A stretch of DNA of 64,000 nucleotides from Schizochytrium sp. TIO01 (lineage: Eukaryota; Protista; Bigyra: Labyrinthulomycetes), in assembly GCA_004764695.1 (NCBI GenBank), contig SMSO01000037.1:2208747-2272746 (forward strand), written 5' to 3'. Position 1 is the first letter of the stretch; every line of letters begins with the position of its first letter. The notes beneath the pieces were generated by a model. That model had not been told where the DNA came from. It made no database searches and saw only the letters and a program-made list of their open reading frames with translations. Positions 1 to 11,602 of this stretch are shown here, in pieces. The position numbers and the translations under genes were made by a program.

Positions 1-1240
1 GACATCGCTCCGGTCTTGAAGTTGGCGAGATTGAACCGGCACAGACGGAAATTGTGTGCTGATTTTTAATTGCGGCAGAGCAGCAAAGCTTCACAACATG
101 CGTCTACTCGTGACGAGCGAGAGATGTCTTGATGCTCCTCTAGCGATGACAGTTCCTGATCATTTCGTACAATTCAATGAGCACTTAGCAAGACGAGTTA
201 CCTTCCCTAAGAGCCAACCACAGCTTTTCTATGCTTATGTATCATGTCTTTAATGAAAAGTTAAACCTTATCTAAGATAGTGATATTTGACGAAACTTTA
301 GATGCATTACTTTTTGTCGGAAGGAAAAGCACGCAAAGGATCATCCCAGTAAAAGCCTCATCAACAAATTTTGATTGTTGTTGTATTATCGTTCTGGAAA
401 CCACGACTATTAGATTTCTTGGTCTCAAGAGCATTAAGTTTCACATGCCATCTGAGTTTGCTGTATGCACTCATCGTTTCCTAGGATATTGACCATGGTT
501 TAGCAAAGTAGATCCGGGTTCGAAGAACGTGATTCTAGACAATTCGGGGGAGCCTGCGAATGCGAGATTTCATAGCATACAAGAAAAAAGAGCAGCTCGA
601 ACTCAAGATAATCCTTTTGCGGGAATCGGTGGGTTTGTCTCACGAGCTTGCATAGTATTTTGCATCACGAGTCTACTGTTTAAACCCCTGCATACTTGTG
701 ATCTGAATCCTGGTGCTGCATGTTGTACATGAATTGTTACGGAGATGGTGAATGTTGTCTCACAAAATCCACGATCTATTGGTGGCATATATAAATAACG
801 CTAGTGATATATATTCGGCATCAAGTGACCCTGCTCATCTAGGTTTCACTGCTGTTCTCCGCTTAGCATTTCGTTCGGGCCGAGGTTTGTCGGCTTATCG
901 CCCCATCTTTCCGAAGGCTTTTTTTTTTTTTTACTTTCGTGCGGTCAGAAAAGTCCCTCCTCCTACTCTAACGCAGCTAGTTGAGGAGGTCACTTTGTCG
1001 TTCGCTCCTCTCTTCCGTCGTCTTCAACTCATTTTAACACAGGCTCAGATCCTTCTCGATCCTTGCATGATCAACCAAGTCGAAGTTGCTTTGCACAGCC
1101 ACAAAGTCAAAGTCCCAGGTTGATCCAATAAACACTTTCACCTTTTATTCTAAGGACGATCTAGATTGTCGCAGTCCCTCCCTATTAGGGTGTGCACCGT
1201 TTCATATGTTCCGGACGTTCCAGAGGTGCGAGTGACAGGG
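1..1240 (-). pseudogene. Degraded APE-type endonuclease of a non-LTR (LINE-like) retrotransposon
   Basis: Minus-strand translation across frameshifts and stops gives APE motifs in the expected order: LWNVR (1211-1225), DFDFVAVQ (~1091-1114), RVGGGTFL (~945-969), VIY/MPP (~780-800), CRGLNSRL (~665-693; cf. GD[FL]N). No intact ORF. Confidence 0.55.
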
Positions 1241-2433
1241 ATCTTTTTCCAAGCTAAGCGGAGCGTATAGCTAAAACTATAAGGGTGTGTATTGGATATA
1301 TCTTCAAAGGGTAAAGGGAGTGCTGCTAAAATTTCTTCGAAGTTGGATGAAGATCAGAGAAAGCAAAGACACAGAACCCAATTCCGTGCTCGTTCGAGTG
1401 AGTCAGCGAGGTAGAAGACGACTCAGAGGTGGATGATCTTTCCTATGTACCTCCAATAAGCTTTGCTCTCCAAGACTCATTGTGCTGCTCTCGAGTCCGT
1501 CAGACATTTGTGAGCGTCACGATATCAATTCGTTCATTATCCCCATTATGAAGTACCTTCTTACCTACTATTTAATTATTACTATTGCGTGGAGGTAATG
1601 TTAAAGCATGAAAAGAGAAAAGATAAAAAGGTGTATTACAGTTTCCAGTAATGGGTACTAACTTCAACACAGTTTTTATCTAAGGTTGAAAAGAGAAAAA
1701 GGAAAAAAGGTTTTTCCAACTAAAAATAAATGATAGTCAATCATAATATATCGTAGATCCGCGCATCGCTCAGCGCAGCACAGCTGCCGCTTCCTGTGTA
1801 TTGCTCAGTTCTCCTTGCTGCGGCTGCGAGAAGAGGTGTAAACACTCGTGGAGGCAGCGAGGTTCTGGAGCTCGGACGCACAAGGATTTTCCTAGACTCG
1901 TCTGCAGTAGGGCGGCACACAAATTGAGAACTGCGCTGCTCTTGCCTCGAGGAGCAGAAGGAGATCGAGGATACGGCGCCAACATCTTTCCCTTTTCGTT
2001 GCCTCAGAAAAGCTCATAACTCTTTCGCAGCACGGTTTGGCTTGACGTTGCTTCGGCTGACTTCACTTGGTTGTATTTAGCGCCTCTGGACGTGTGGCCT
2101 GGATCGTCTCGGCTTGAAGCGAGACGACTGTTCAAGGTGCCCAAGTAAATCAAGTCGACCTGAGTTAGAGGCGACTTAGATAACCTGCGCTTTCGGCCTC
2201 GAATAGATAGGGGCTTGCTGTCTTGGCTTTAATTCTTGAGGCAACCCTTGGGCCTAGCTAAGAGCTGAGGCTTTGCCATTCATATTGCGAGGGATCTTTA
2301 GCGGCTTGGCTAATTAATACATTCACTTGAGTACTTTGAACCATCAATTGTTCGATAGCGGTCTATAGGAGTCCACAGAGCTGATCTTCATTCTGGTTTC
2401 GACCCTGGTGTTAATTCTGAATTTTGCAGCGCC

Positions 2434-5400
2434 ATGAACGCGGAGCTTGAAAAGAAGCTGGCTCAGCGCAGACAGTGGGAAGCTACCTCGCATAATGCAA
2501 ACTCCAGTTCCGAACCCAGCTCAAAGTCTAGCTCGGAAGCGGACAGCTCTGCACCTAGAAGATCAAAGCCTGCTCTAGCACCACGACCTCGTCAACATCC
2601 CCCCCCGCCTCCTCCTTCAAGGAGCTCCCGAATACTCCAAGGGGACAGCTCTCCATTAAGCCCACAGTCCCCCCCCAGCTCAAGGCCTTTACCTCCTGCA
2701 AGGCCACCGCCGATGAGTTCGAGCTCGAGTTCAACTTTGGAGATCAACAATATTGAAAAGGACAATGCCTCAACCATGACAGCATCAACAACACCATCGT
2801 TGGCACGCGGAAATGCCTCGGATGCGTCCCAGAATGAAAGGCAAACTAATCTTGAACATTATGGCGAAAACAAAGGGAATGAAGCTACGGGAGACAACAG
2901 AAGAAGCCTCACACGGAGGCCACCACCAGTACCGACTGCAAGGGCTACATCAATGAGGTCGCACATGTCAAGAATGTCTTCAAGTTCATCGTCATCAAGC
3001 TTGTCGAGCTCTTCAGGGTCCATCACGTCGGCACAGTCTACAGGGCCTGAGCCTGAACCCTTGGGAGCACAACTGCAAACGTCACCGCTTGCAGGGGCAA
3101 AATTCCTGCCACCGCCCGGAAGGAGACCTTCAATGCTGAGATCAGGCCAAAGGGCATCCGCAAGAAGACCTGATCGCCCTCCACCGCCGAGACGTAGATA
3201 TAAAGACCCTAACTTTGCAGCAGGCAATCAACCTGCCAGAAATGGCAACGGGCAACAAAAGCAGCCAGAGCGAGTTCCATCCCCGCAAATACAAAGACCT
3301 ACATCAATAAATAGAACCCCCCCGCCGCTTCCACCTAGAGACGAAGTGACAAATAATGTGGAGGAGATTAACACAAGCACCATGTCGTCCCAACCCTCCG
3401 CTGCGCTTACTGAACTTGCAAACACTTACAACAAGATGTCCAGTCCTGAAGATGATGTACAGTCGCCTACGCAGGAGCAAACACCTATTCACCACCGTGG
3501 ACCCGCAGACTTTCGGAAGCCACGCCCAAACTCGGCAAACTTTCAACCAATAAACCATTCATCATCAAGTTCGTCTTTACCAGCAACAACCTCTGGGTCT
3601 GGAGAAGCTCGTACTCCGCCACCAATTCCAACTCGCGGATTGTCGCAAGACCTTTCCTCAGCTGTTGCAGGTTCTAGGACCAGCTTGGACAGCACAGGGT
3701 CGCGGAGACCACCGGCACCGACACGCGAGGCAACGAGACGATCAATCGAGCATGAACCTTTAGTGAACCTTCGCCGAGACCGCAGTGAGTCTCCACCAGT
3801 GCCAGAGCGGAGACCATCGCCTGAACGCCTCCGTACTGCAGCTCAAGCCTCGATTTCCAATAAAAAGCGCTTCTCAACACACGAGTCTATATCTTCAAGC
3901 CAAATTTCAGAGGAAGAACGCCATGCTCTTGCCGAACATGGAAAGTCGATCTTTCAAAGGACCATGAGTTCAGACCCCAAGATGCAGGCGGCGATAAGCG
4001 ATAATACTGATGATGGTACCACGGACGCAGGGAACTCTTTACCAGCGGCGGAGGGCAAGGAAACACAACTTGAGGAGCTTCGCAAATCTTATCAGTACGC
4101 CCGAGTTATTGAGCCCTTTGACCCCATCGAGCTTGGTTACGCCGAGGAGGAAGATGAAGACGAGTTCCTCACCGTGGATTTTGATGATGTGATAGAAATT
4201 AAAGAGCGATGTGATGACGACTGGTGGGAAGGGAGCATCTTTGACCAAACCCGTGGGCGCATAGTTGGTTATGTAGGCAAGTTTCCAGCAGCTTTTGTTG
4301 AGCCCATACCTGATCCCTACTGGGTAGAGGGCGATGACGAAATGCAAGCGGCCGTGAGTATGGGCGTAACAACAGAAGCTTCATTTGGAGATCCCGGTGA
4401 GGAAGCACCTACTCCAGGGGATACTGACGAGGCGAAGGCAATGCACAAGCGCTGGCGTAACGCCAATCGCCTCTTCCTCGCTCTGTTAGAGCTTGTGACC
4501 AACGAGTTCAAGTATGTCTTATCTCTTCAGATTTGTTTCGAAGTATATGTTGAAGGCATTCTTAACAGCCTTGGTGGTGAATACGTTGGCGCGCTCTTTC
4601 CAAGCTGGGAACGTATTTGGCAATGTCACGAGGATATCCTTTATGGTTTAGCAGCCGCATCAAAAGAGTCCTGGCGCAAGTTGCAGGCCTTCCCAGAAAA
4701 ACCGTCTCCCCGCACCTCCAACCGTGACAAATCGCGGAGGAAGTCTGTAGGTGCATCAATGAACAGTTTGCGCAAGAATACAGAGCAAATGAAAAGCCTT
4801 GCAAATTCACTGGATTCATTGCAAATTTGGCATGATCAGAATGTTCTTGAGCAAGAGGACACTCTCTCTGAGGATGACTTGCAGCATTTCTTGAAGCTAC
4901 TTGCAGAATGGGCTGTGGACCTTTGTTCTGCACTTGAAACGATGGCAGGTAGACTTAAAATCTCTTCTGTTTATATTCGCAATTATAATGATGCACTGCG
5001 CCTCATGGATATTTGGACCAAAGAAGTACCCAAGTTTGCACAAACCATTCGTCGTCTTGAAAACAATCCAATAGTGAATGGCTTAAATCTGTCTTCTTAC
5101 CTTATCAAGCCTGTTCAACATGTGTGCCGCTATCCTCTTCTTGTGCGTGAAGTGCACAAATACGCACCGGATGACGAGACAAAGGAAGCAGTGTTGGCGT
5201 GCCAATTACGCTTGCTTGAGGTTACAGACGAAGTGAACTCTTTGCAAAATGAAGCAGGGAGCTCGGGAGAAAACTCCCTTACTCTGCTTGAGTTGCGGCA
5301 AGGCTTGCGCTACCGCTCTGAGAGTGAGCGGAGCAGTGTCGACAATGTTCTATGTAAGCATACTACTCAGCTTATGAAATTTGGGCCTCTTCGCATCATA

Positions 5401-6048
5401 AAGTGCGGATCAGGTACGAAAATGAAAGATTTACGTACAGCCCCCTCGGGGCCACCCTACGAATGTTTTCTACTCAATTCGATCGTCTTAATCGCTGACA
5501 AGTACCAGAATCTTTTGAGCAAGAGTAGATATAAGCTTCGTTGCTACATTGACATTAAAAACATCGGTGTTGTCGGTCCCGTGGAGTCTCACACAGGGAC
5601 CATGTTTGGTTTCAGCATCAAGTCTTCTAAGGATCCAAATCCGACCCAAGGTGATTTGACGAGCAAACCTGACAAGTGGATCTTTGCAGTAGAGCATCAC
5701 GCCGAGCGTGACGCTTGGCTTCGAAATGTGGAACAAGCTATTTATATCACACGCGGTGTTTCCAAATCGGGTGCTGCTCCTACATCAACTTCTGCAACGG
5801 AGGCCTACAACGCAGCACATGGTCGTTCCCCAATCGTGTCTGTGCCTACTCACGCTCCTCCCAACAAAATTCCCCAAGACGATAACTCCAAGTTCAATTC
5901 GATGAAAGATCGCCAGACTACATTGCAAAATGCTCATCCCAGCTTTTTGCTCCAATTGCAAAAGGAAGATCCGCTCATTAATGAACTGCAAAACATACTT
6001 CGTGTTAAACGATCTCAGCAACAACAGCAACAAATCAACCCTACCTGA
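2434..6048 (+). CDS. SH3-DH(RhoGEF)-PH protein with long Pro/Ser-rich N-terminus (Rho-family GEF)
   Basis: 1204 aa ORF. SH3 (YARVIEPFD...DDDWWEG...GKFPAAFVE), DH (ELVTNEFKYV...LSSYLIKPVQHVCRYPLLVREV), PH (ECFLLNSIVLIA...ERDAWLRNVEQAI). Confidence 0.92.
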   Translation: MNAELEKKLAQRRQWEATSHNANSSSEPSSKSSSEADSSAPRRSKPALAPRPRQHPPPPPPSRSSRILQGDSSPLSPQSPPSSRPLPPARPPPMSSSSSSTLEINNIEKDNASTMTASTTPSLARGNASDASQNERQTNLEHYGENKGNEATGDNRRSLTRRPPPVPTARATSMRSHMSRMSSSSSSSSLSSSSGSITSAQSTGPEPEPLGAQLQTSPLAGAKFLPPPGRRPSMLRSGQRASARRPDRPPPPRRRYKDPNFAAGNQPARNGNGQQKQPERVPSPQIQRPTSINRTPPPLPPRDEVTNNVEEINTSTMSSQPSAALTELANTYNKMSSPEDDVQSPTQEQTPIHHRGPADFRKPRPNSANFQPINHSSSSSSLPATTSGSGEARTPPPIPTRGLSQDLSSAVAGSRTSLDSTGSRRPPAPTREATRRSIEHEPLVNLRRDRSESPPVPERRPSPERLRTAAQASISNKKRFSTHESISSSQISEEERHALAEHGKSIFQRTMSSDPKMQAAISDNTDDGTTDAGNSLPAAEGKETQLEELRKSYQYARVIEPFDPIELGYAEEEDEDEFLTVDFDDVIEIKERCDDDWWEGSIFDQTRGRIVGYVGKFPAAFVEPIPDPYWVEGDDEMQAAVSMGVTTEASFGDPGEEAPTPGDTDEAKAMHKRWRNANRLFLALLELVTNEFKYVLSLQICFEVYVEGILNSLGGEYVGALFPSWERIWQCHEDILYGLAAASKESWRKLQAFPEKPSPRTSNRDKSRRKSVGASMNSLRKNTEQMKSLANSLDSLQIWHDQNVLEQEDTLSEDDLQHFLKLLAEWAVDLCSALETMAGRLKISSVYIRNYNDALRLMDIWTKEVPKFAQTIRRLENNPIVNGLNLSSYLIKPVQHVCRYPLLVREVHKYAPDDETKEAVLACQLRLLEVTDEVNSLQNEAGSSGENSLTLLELRQGLRYRSESERSSVDNVLCKHTTQLMKFGPLRIIKCGSGTKMKDLRTAPSGPPYECFLLNSIVLIADKYQNLLSKSRYKLRCYIDIKNIGVVGPVESHTGTMFGFSIKSSKDPNPTQGDLTSKPDKWIFAVEHHAERDAWLRNVEQAIYITRGVSKSGAAPTSTSATEAYNAAHGRSPIVSVPTHAPPNKIPQDDNSKFNSMKDRQTTLQNAHPSFLLQLQKEDPLINELQNILRVKRSQQQQQQINPT

Positions 6049-6845
6049 TCCACGATCACTACTGTCACTACAAGCGTTGCTATCATATGCATATGTTAGG
6101 TTGGCACATTGTATGAATAAACACTTCAGTGTTGTCAAACTGTTGCTTTTAATTCGTACTCTAGCTACTACTCTACTTTTTTTCTTATAAAATTAATCCT
6201 ATGGCTCGTGAATGAATACATGATCTTGTAATTTTAAGTTTACTTCTACATCGCTATTCTTTTCGAGTTCGTTTCATCGATGCAAATCAAATCCATATGA
6301 TTAAATATGCCGCATCAATCAACGAAGAGGGAATCTGACTGTTGGCCTGTCTTAAATTTCAAATTATAAACAAGTACTAGATCCGGCTGAATTGCGATTC
6401 TGAAAACAGAAAAAGGAAAACAAAAAGGATGCACACTCGCCGCATGCCGGTAGTGCTCCGTGCCAATTTTTAAAATCGGTCTGCATGTTTTGGGTAAGGG
6501 TATCTGGGGTATCTGGATGCTGGAATTGCAAGCAGCTGCACCGTACTACCCAGCATAAAATATTGCTTACAACGTGCGTTCAGCGACTCTTGCAGCCAAG
6601 CTGGCCTATCTATCATATTCTCAATCACCAGTAGCCGTGAAGTTATCTGCGCATCATATTACTTCTCACGTTTGACTCTTATGATATGTGGCATGGCTTA
6701 GTTAATCAACGAGCGTCTGAAAAGGATAAAAACATATACCAGTTTATCGCAATTATGTTCCCAAGTTGTAGGGGCTCCAAAGTTTTGGACCTAGTCAATT
6801 CAAGACCATAGAGAGCAGCCATTATTCGAGAGTCTTAAGTCTGAA

Positions 6846-7241
6846 TCAGCATATATTCTCTGCCTTACCCATTATCTTGCCGCAAATGCGACAGATTGGC
6901 ACTTTATAGGGGTGGAATCTACCTGCCATGTATTTTTCCTGAAAGGCGTGCGTGCAACAGCTTTGATCAAGCAGGCCTTTCCGCCACAGCCCGTTCTTAA
7001 TCACCGGGACATCCTGCTTGTATTGAAGCCAGTAACTCCCGATTCCCTCTGCCAGCCCATCCACGAACTGCCCCTGATAATACTTTTCCTTCTTGTCTCT
7101 CAAATAGTATATTGTTCCATATCCGTGTGGCTTGTTATTCGCATTAACTTCTCCCTCATAGACCATGCCAACCCCGTCATATGGACCTTTGTTCATCAGG
7201 AAAACCATGACGAAGTCAATACTGGGACGCAATATGAACAA
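6846..7241 (-). CDS. Small MORN-repeat protein with C-terminal Cys/His cluster (possibly truncated)
   Basis: YEGEVNANNKPHGYGTIYY, YYQGQFVDGLAEGIGSYW and KNGLWRKG match the MORN consensus; C-terminal CCTH...CRICG. The start is uncertain (non-ATG start in the track). Confidence 0.65.
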   Translation of the reverse strand: MFILRPSIDFVMVFLMNKGPYDGVGMVYEGEVNANNKPHGYGTIYYLRDKKEKYYQGQFVDGLAEGIGSYWLQYKQDVPVIKNGLWRKGLLDQSCCTHAFQEKYMAGRFHPYKVPICRICGKIMGKAENIC

Positions 7242-7299
7242 TACTGCGAGTACTCGATCGCTTGGACTTTGGTTTTGGGATTGAAGTGTTTTGAGGTTG

Positions 7300-7950
7300 G
7301 AGTCAAGACAATGCCTCCTTCTTTGAGGACATTTTATGACACTCCGTAATACATATAATATATCCTTAGTCGCATGATAGCTTCTTTTCTAGCTCTTTAA
7401 TCTGTCTCTCCTTAGCGCCTGCTGTGTTGCTCCTTGGCAATGTGATCATAATTTTGAGCTAACTTATCTGACTCGCACTTTATATCGTAGGCAGTACATG
7501 TAACAGTACGCTGGTGACGTCCAGCAAAGCCTACTTCATGTCCTTGGTTGACGCAGCCATTGGTAGCTAGCACAATGTTTTGACAGGCTCACCGCGTCCA
7601 TGGACTACAACACAACTATTTCAGTAATGTAAGCTCCCTTTTCAATTCTGAGAGCGGGCTGGATAAGAGCAGCCTCTGAAATGCTGGAGACTTCCTTACA
7701 CAAGTCAAGAGGTAGGTGTCGAACTTTGTTGCGGCTATTGCGACAAAGCATCGCGACAGTCCTGCAAGTCCAAGGTTTTTTGCTTCTTGGCATGATTCAC
7801 GATGCACAGAATTTGACGACACGAAGTGGACAGCAGCTCATCAATTCGCGTACTGATTTGGCATGCAAGTGATGATCTTTGGGCTGCTTTGGAGAGTTTC
7901 CGTGATCTCTCTCTGAAAAGACAAACTTGCGCTTGTTCAATCAACCATGA
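7300..7950 (-). pseudogene. Probable fragmented gene of unknown product upstream of the MORN ORF
   Basis: Three short overlapping minus-strand ORFs (7605-7793, 7616-7822, 7735-7944) with helical, protein-like text in different frames. No recognisable domain. Confidence 0.25.
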
Positions 7951-9415
7951 CTGAGAGCAGCACTGTTAGGAGTTTTAGCACCTTATTACGTACTCGATAC
8001 GTATAGGTTTTTTTTTTATTTTTTTTTTTTAAAATACACACTTTTTTTCTTTCTATTTTCCTAAATAAATAAATAATAAATAATAATAATAAATAATAAA
8101 ATAAAATAAAATAAAAGTTACTTTTTATTTTAAGAAAAAGAAGAAAAAGAGTTAAGTAATCATAATAGCAGTAAAAATAGCAATTTAGTTTTTAGATTTT
8201 AGATAAAAGTTGCAAAATGTTCTTCCGCTCTGGTTAACACTTCGAAAACTACGTCTGTTCGCTCAGAGGAGATATAATCAACACTTGATACCTACGCTTT
8301 CCAGTTCAGGATAAATCTATTCTGAACTCTGCTGGACATCCTTTGCCCAAAAGGCAGGGCATTCCGCATCATTGCAAGGCTCCGTAGCGTCAAGCAGCAG
8401 GCAAACGCAACACTCAAGACACTGAATGGCACAGGTGAAGACATTGCTGCCTCCCCGAGAGCACGGATCTCATTTTTGCACTCAGGTATCGAAGATGTGC
8501 TTGGACAGCTCATCATACGCGTCTCCAATTAAAACTCTGTGAATGTACCCTGGCTCCAGCTGAGATAGGATTAAATCGGTCGCGAGAAAGGTTAGGATAT
8601 GCTGCTTGGTTGCGGTGCAAACTCCATCATCTCAAGTGGAAGTAAGGTGCCTCCATGCTCGCTGTCAAGGCCGCAGCGGATTGCATAGAAAGCCTTTGAG
8701 TGTCGATAGTGTCCTCGTTTTGACGACGCATTTCCTCCACATGAGCCTCGCCAAGCTTTGGCATAAAAGCCAATTTTTGTATTTGATTATACTTAAAATA
8801 AAAAGCTCCATTGGTGTTATGTTGTTGTCAAGAAATAAATAAATAAAAATGTTTTGCTTTCTCTTGGCTGGCAGGGCTCTTTAGCACGCACGTCTTATCC
8901 ACGATGCTTAGCACACTTATCAACTTCTTTCAGCTCTCGTGCGCTCCGCGGAAGAGTTCACACATTTCATCGTCTTGCTGGTGGCCTTTACGTAAATATG
9001 TAGATATGTACTTTGATTGAAACATTTTTAAATTCAAAGGAAATTTATATTCTTGGAGTGGATAGTTGAGAGCGCTTCTATTTTCCAAAAATAGAAAAAG
9101 TGAAATATTTACAATCGAAAAGTTAAAAAAAAAGTGTCATCTATAACGTCACAGGGCATCAAAATCTCTGGCTTGTCAAGAGCGCCGGCACACTTTGCTC
9201 AAAAGACTAAAGGATTGTAAAATCCGGAATTCCGCACTACTTGCTCCTACCTACTAGCTGAGGCCTAACATCCAAACCACAAACTTCAAGCCTGGGCCAG
9301 AGTACTTCAAGTAAAGGAAGCGAGTTGTCTCAACAAAGGATGCATCCTTTCCAATATCCACCACCGACGGTCCCGTTTCAGGCGATGGATGCAATAAAAC
9401 GTTTGCAACGAAAGA

Positions 9416-11602
9416 ATGCAGTTGGGGCAGGGGATACTACATGTGCTGCCCACCTGTACACAATATAAAGGGGACAATAAGACCGAACCTCACCAACAAT
9501 ATTCTAGCTTCGCTCCAAAAGAAATGTTAGAACCACGTGCCAAGCGACATGGACAGCAAGGCCGACAAGCAGCCAACTCGGAAAAGGAATACGACAATGA
9601 CCTCCAAATTCAAAATGCCAAATTAAAAGAGAAGTATGACAGCAAGCTCAAACGACAAAACGCCAAATTGAAGGACGAGCATGCTAAAGATCTCCAAAGA
9701 CAAAATGCCAAATTGAAGGAGGAGTTTGACAACGAGCTCAAACAACAAAACGCCAAATTGAAGGACGAACATGCTAAAGACCTCCAACGACAAAACGCCA
9801 AATTGAAGGACGAACATGCTAAAGACCTCCAAAGACAAAATGCCAAATTGAAGGAGGAGTTTGACAACGAATTCACACGGCAAAATGCCAAGTTGAAGGA
9901 GGAGTATGACAACGAGCTCAAACGACAAAACGCCAAATTGAAGGAAGAACATGCTAAAGACCTCCAAAGACAAAATGCCAAATTGAAGGAGCAGTTTGAC
10001 AACGAGCTCAAACGACAAAACGCCGAATTGAAGGAGGAGTTTAACAACGAACTCACACGACAAAATGCCAAGTTAAAGGAGGAGTATGACAACGAGCTCA
10101 AACGACAAAACGCCAAATTGAAGGAAGAACATGCTAAAGGCCTCCAAAGACAAAATGCCAAATTGAAGGAGCAGTTTGACAACGACCTCCGAAACCAAAG
10201 CACCGAATTAAAGAAGGAGTTTGACAACGAGCTCAAACGGGAATGTACCGAAATTGAGAGAAAGCACATGGAGGTCCTCATGTCTGAGAGGACAGAGTTG
10301 AAGAAACATCATAGTGAACTTATAGAAGAGCTGGCAAAGGTGGAGCGTCAATTCAAAGACCGGGAGCGGAAAGTCAAATTATCGTTAAAAACTCAGGAGG
10401 ATACGTTGAAGAAGGCACACTTTAATGAGCTTGAAGATCAGGAAGCCAAACTGATCGAAAGGTACACGCAAGAGCTCGAGCGACAAAGGACAGCACTATT
10501 AGTGGAAGATGCGAGGATTCTTGAAGAGCAGAAGGCCTATTTGAAGAAGGAATTCAGGAAAAGTCTTCAACAACAAAAAGTAGAGTCAAGAAAGGAGTAC
10601 CAAATAGGCCTTGAACAACAAAAGACTGATTTAATGAGGATACATACGGAACAACTCAAGCAGGAACGCATTAGGCTTCAGAATGAATTTACACAGAAAC
10701 TAAATTGGAAAAAGTCTGTCTTGGCTAATAATCATGCCAATGAACTCGAAAAGCAAAAAGTCAAACTGAAGAAGGGGTTTGCCGAAGGCTTGAACAATCT
10801 CAGGCAAATAAATGCTTGCCAAAAGGATAATCATGCAAAGGAGATGCAAAATCTCAGAGACAGACTTGTTAAAGAACTTGAGGATCAACGTAATGCGATG
10901 AATCAAGCGTTTGAGGCTCAACAAACCGATGCTATTGCAGGATTGGCATCTTGCTTGCATGAAACGCAACTGGAATACAAGAAAGTTTATGCAGACTTGA
11001 CTGCGGCGAATGAACGCGACACAAGAAGTAATTCTATATTTGATCGCCTAAATAAAGAAAATAGCGACCTCGTAATAGAAGTTGTCGACCTTTGCAAAGA
11101 AAACAGGCACCTTATCAAAGAGAACAGCGCTCTAGCTCTCGATCATTCCAGCATCGTAGACGGAATTGCTATCCTCGAATCCGACGAGGAGGCTACGGCT
11201 TGTAAGACCACTTCGAGTGAAGACTGCGAAAAGAATGTACTACTGGAATTCGAGAATATAAAACTGGAGAATACTGAGCTTGCTAAGGAACTTGTGGACC
11301 TTTGTAAAGAAAACAGGCACCTTATCAAAGAGAACAGCGCTCTAGCTCTCGATCATTCCAACATTGTAGCCGGAATTCCCATCCTCGAATCAGACGAGGA
11401 GTCTACGGTCAGTAATGCCACATCGAGCGAAGACCGCGAAAAGAATGTACTACTCGAACTCGTGGATATGAAAAAGGAGAATGCGGAGCTTGCTAAGGAA
11501 GTCGTAGACTTGTGTAAGGGAAAGAGAGTCTTGGCAGCAGAATTCCTCAAAAAGCTCAAGGAGTTGGAACAAATGGTGTCCCTCTTCGAACATTATGATT
11601 AA
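9416..11602 (+). CDS. Long coiled-coil repeat protein (15-aa repeats plus 70-aa C-terminal repeats)
   Basis: 728 aa ORF with about 14 copies of QNAKLKE/DxxxxxLxR and a duplicated VDLCKENRHLIKENSALALDH block. Confidence 0.8.
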   Translation: MQLGQGILHVLPTCTQYKGDNKTEPHQQYSSFAPKEMLEPRAKRHGQQGRQAANSEKEYDNDLQIQNAKLKEKYDSKLKRQNAKLKDEHAKDLQRQNAKLKEEFDNELKQQNAKLKDEHAKDLQRQNAKLKDEHAKDLQRQNAKLKEEFDNEFTRQNAKLKEEYDNELKRQNAKLKEEHAKDLQRQNAKLKEQFDNELKRQNAELKEEFNNELTRQNAKLKEEYDNELKRQNAKLKEEHAKGLQRQNAKLKEQFDNDLRNQSTELKKEFDNELKRECTEIERKHMEVLMSERTELKKHHSELIEELAKVERQFKDRERKVKLSLKTQEDTLKKAHFNELEDQEAKLIERYTQELERQRTALLVEDARILEEQKAYLKKEFRKSLQQQKVESRKEYQIGLEQQKTDLMRIHTEQLKQERIRLQNEFTQKLNWKKSVLANNHANELEKQKVKLKKGFAEGLNNLRQINACQKDNHAKEMQNLRDRLVKELEDQRNAMNQAFEAQQTDAIAGLASCLHETQLEYKKVYADLTAANERDTRSNSIFDRLNKENSDLVIEVVDLCKENRHLIKENSALALDHSSIVDGIAILESDEEATACKTTSSEDCEKNVLLEFENIKLENTELAKELVDLCKENRHLIKENSALALDHSNIVAGIPILESDEESTVSNATSSEDREKNVLLELVDMKKENAELAKEVVDLCKGKRVLAAEFLKKLKELEQMVSLFEHYD
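9611..10240 (+). repeat. Coding 45-bp minisatellite (14 units) with a 180-bp higher-order duplication
   Basis: Units begin caaaa[ct]gccaaattgaagga; 9841-10020 and 10021-10200 are near-identical 4-unit blocks. Confidence 0.92.
11081..11520 (+). repeat. Coding 210-bp tandem duplication (two copies plus a partial third)
   Basis: gttgtcgacctttgcaaaga at 11081, cttgtggacctttgtaaaga at 11291, gtcgtagacttgtgtaaggg at 11501. Confidence 0.88.

Noticed and set aside
9611-10240. CRISPR-like constant/variable alternation in the 45-bp repeat
   Set aside because: The variable parts recur, and the array is in-frame coding sequence.
9610-10281. Antisense ORFs (223 aa and 146 aa) over the coiled-coil repeat
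   Set aside because: Shadow frames of the repetitive plus-strand CDS.
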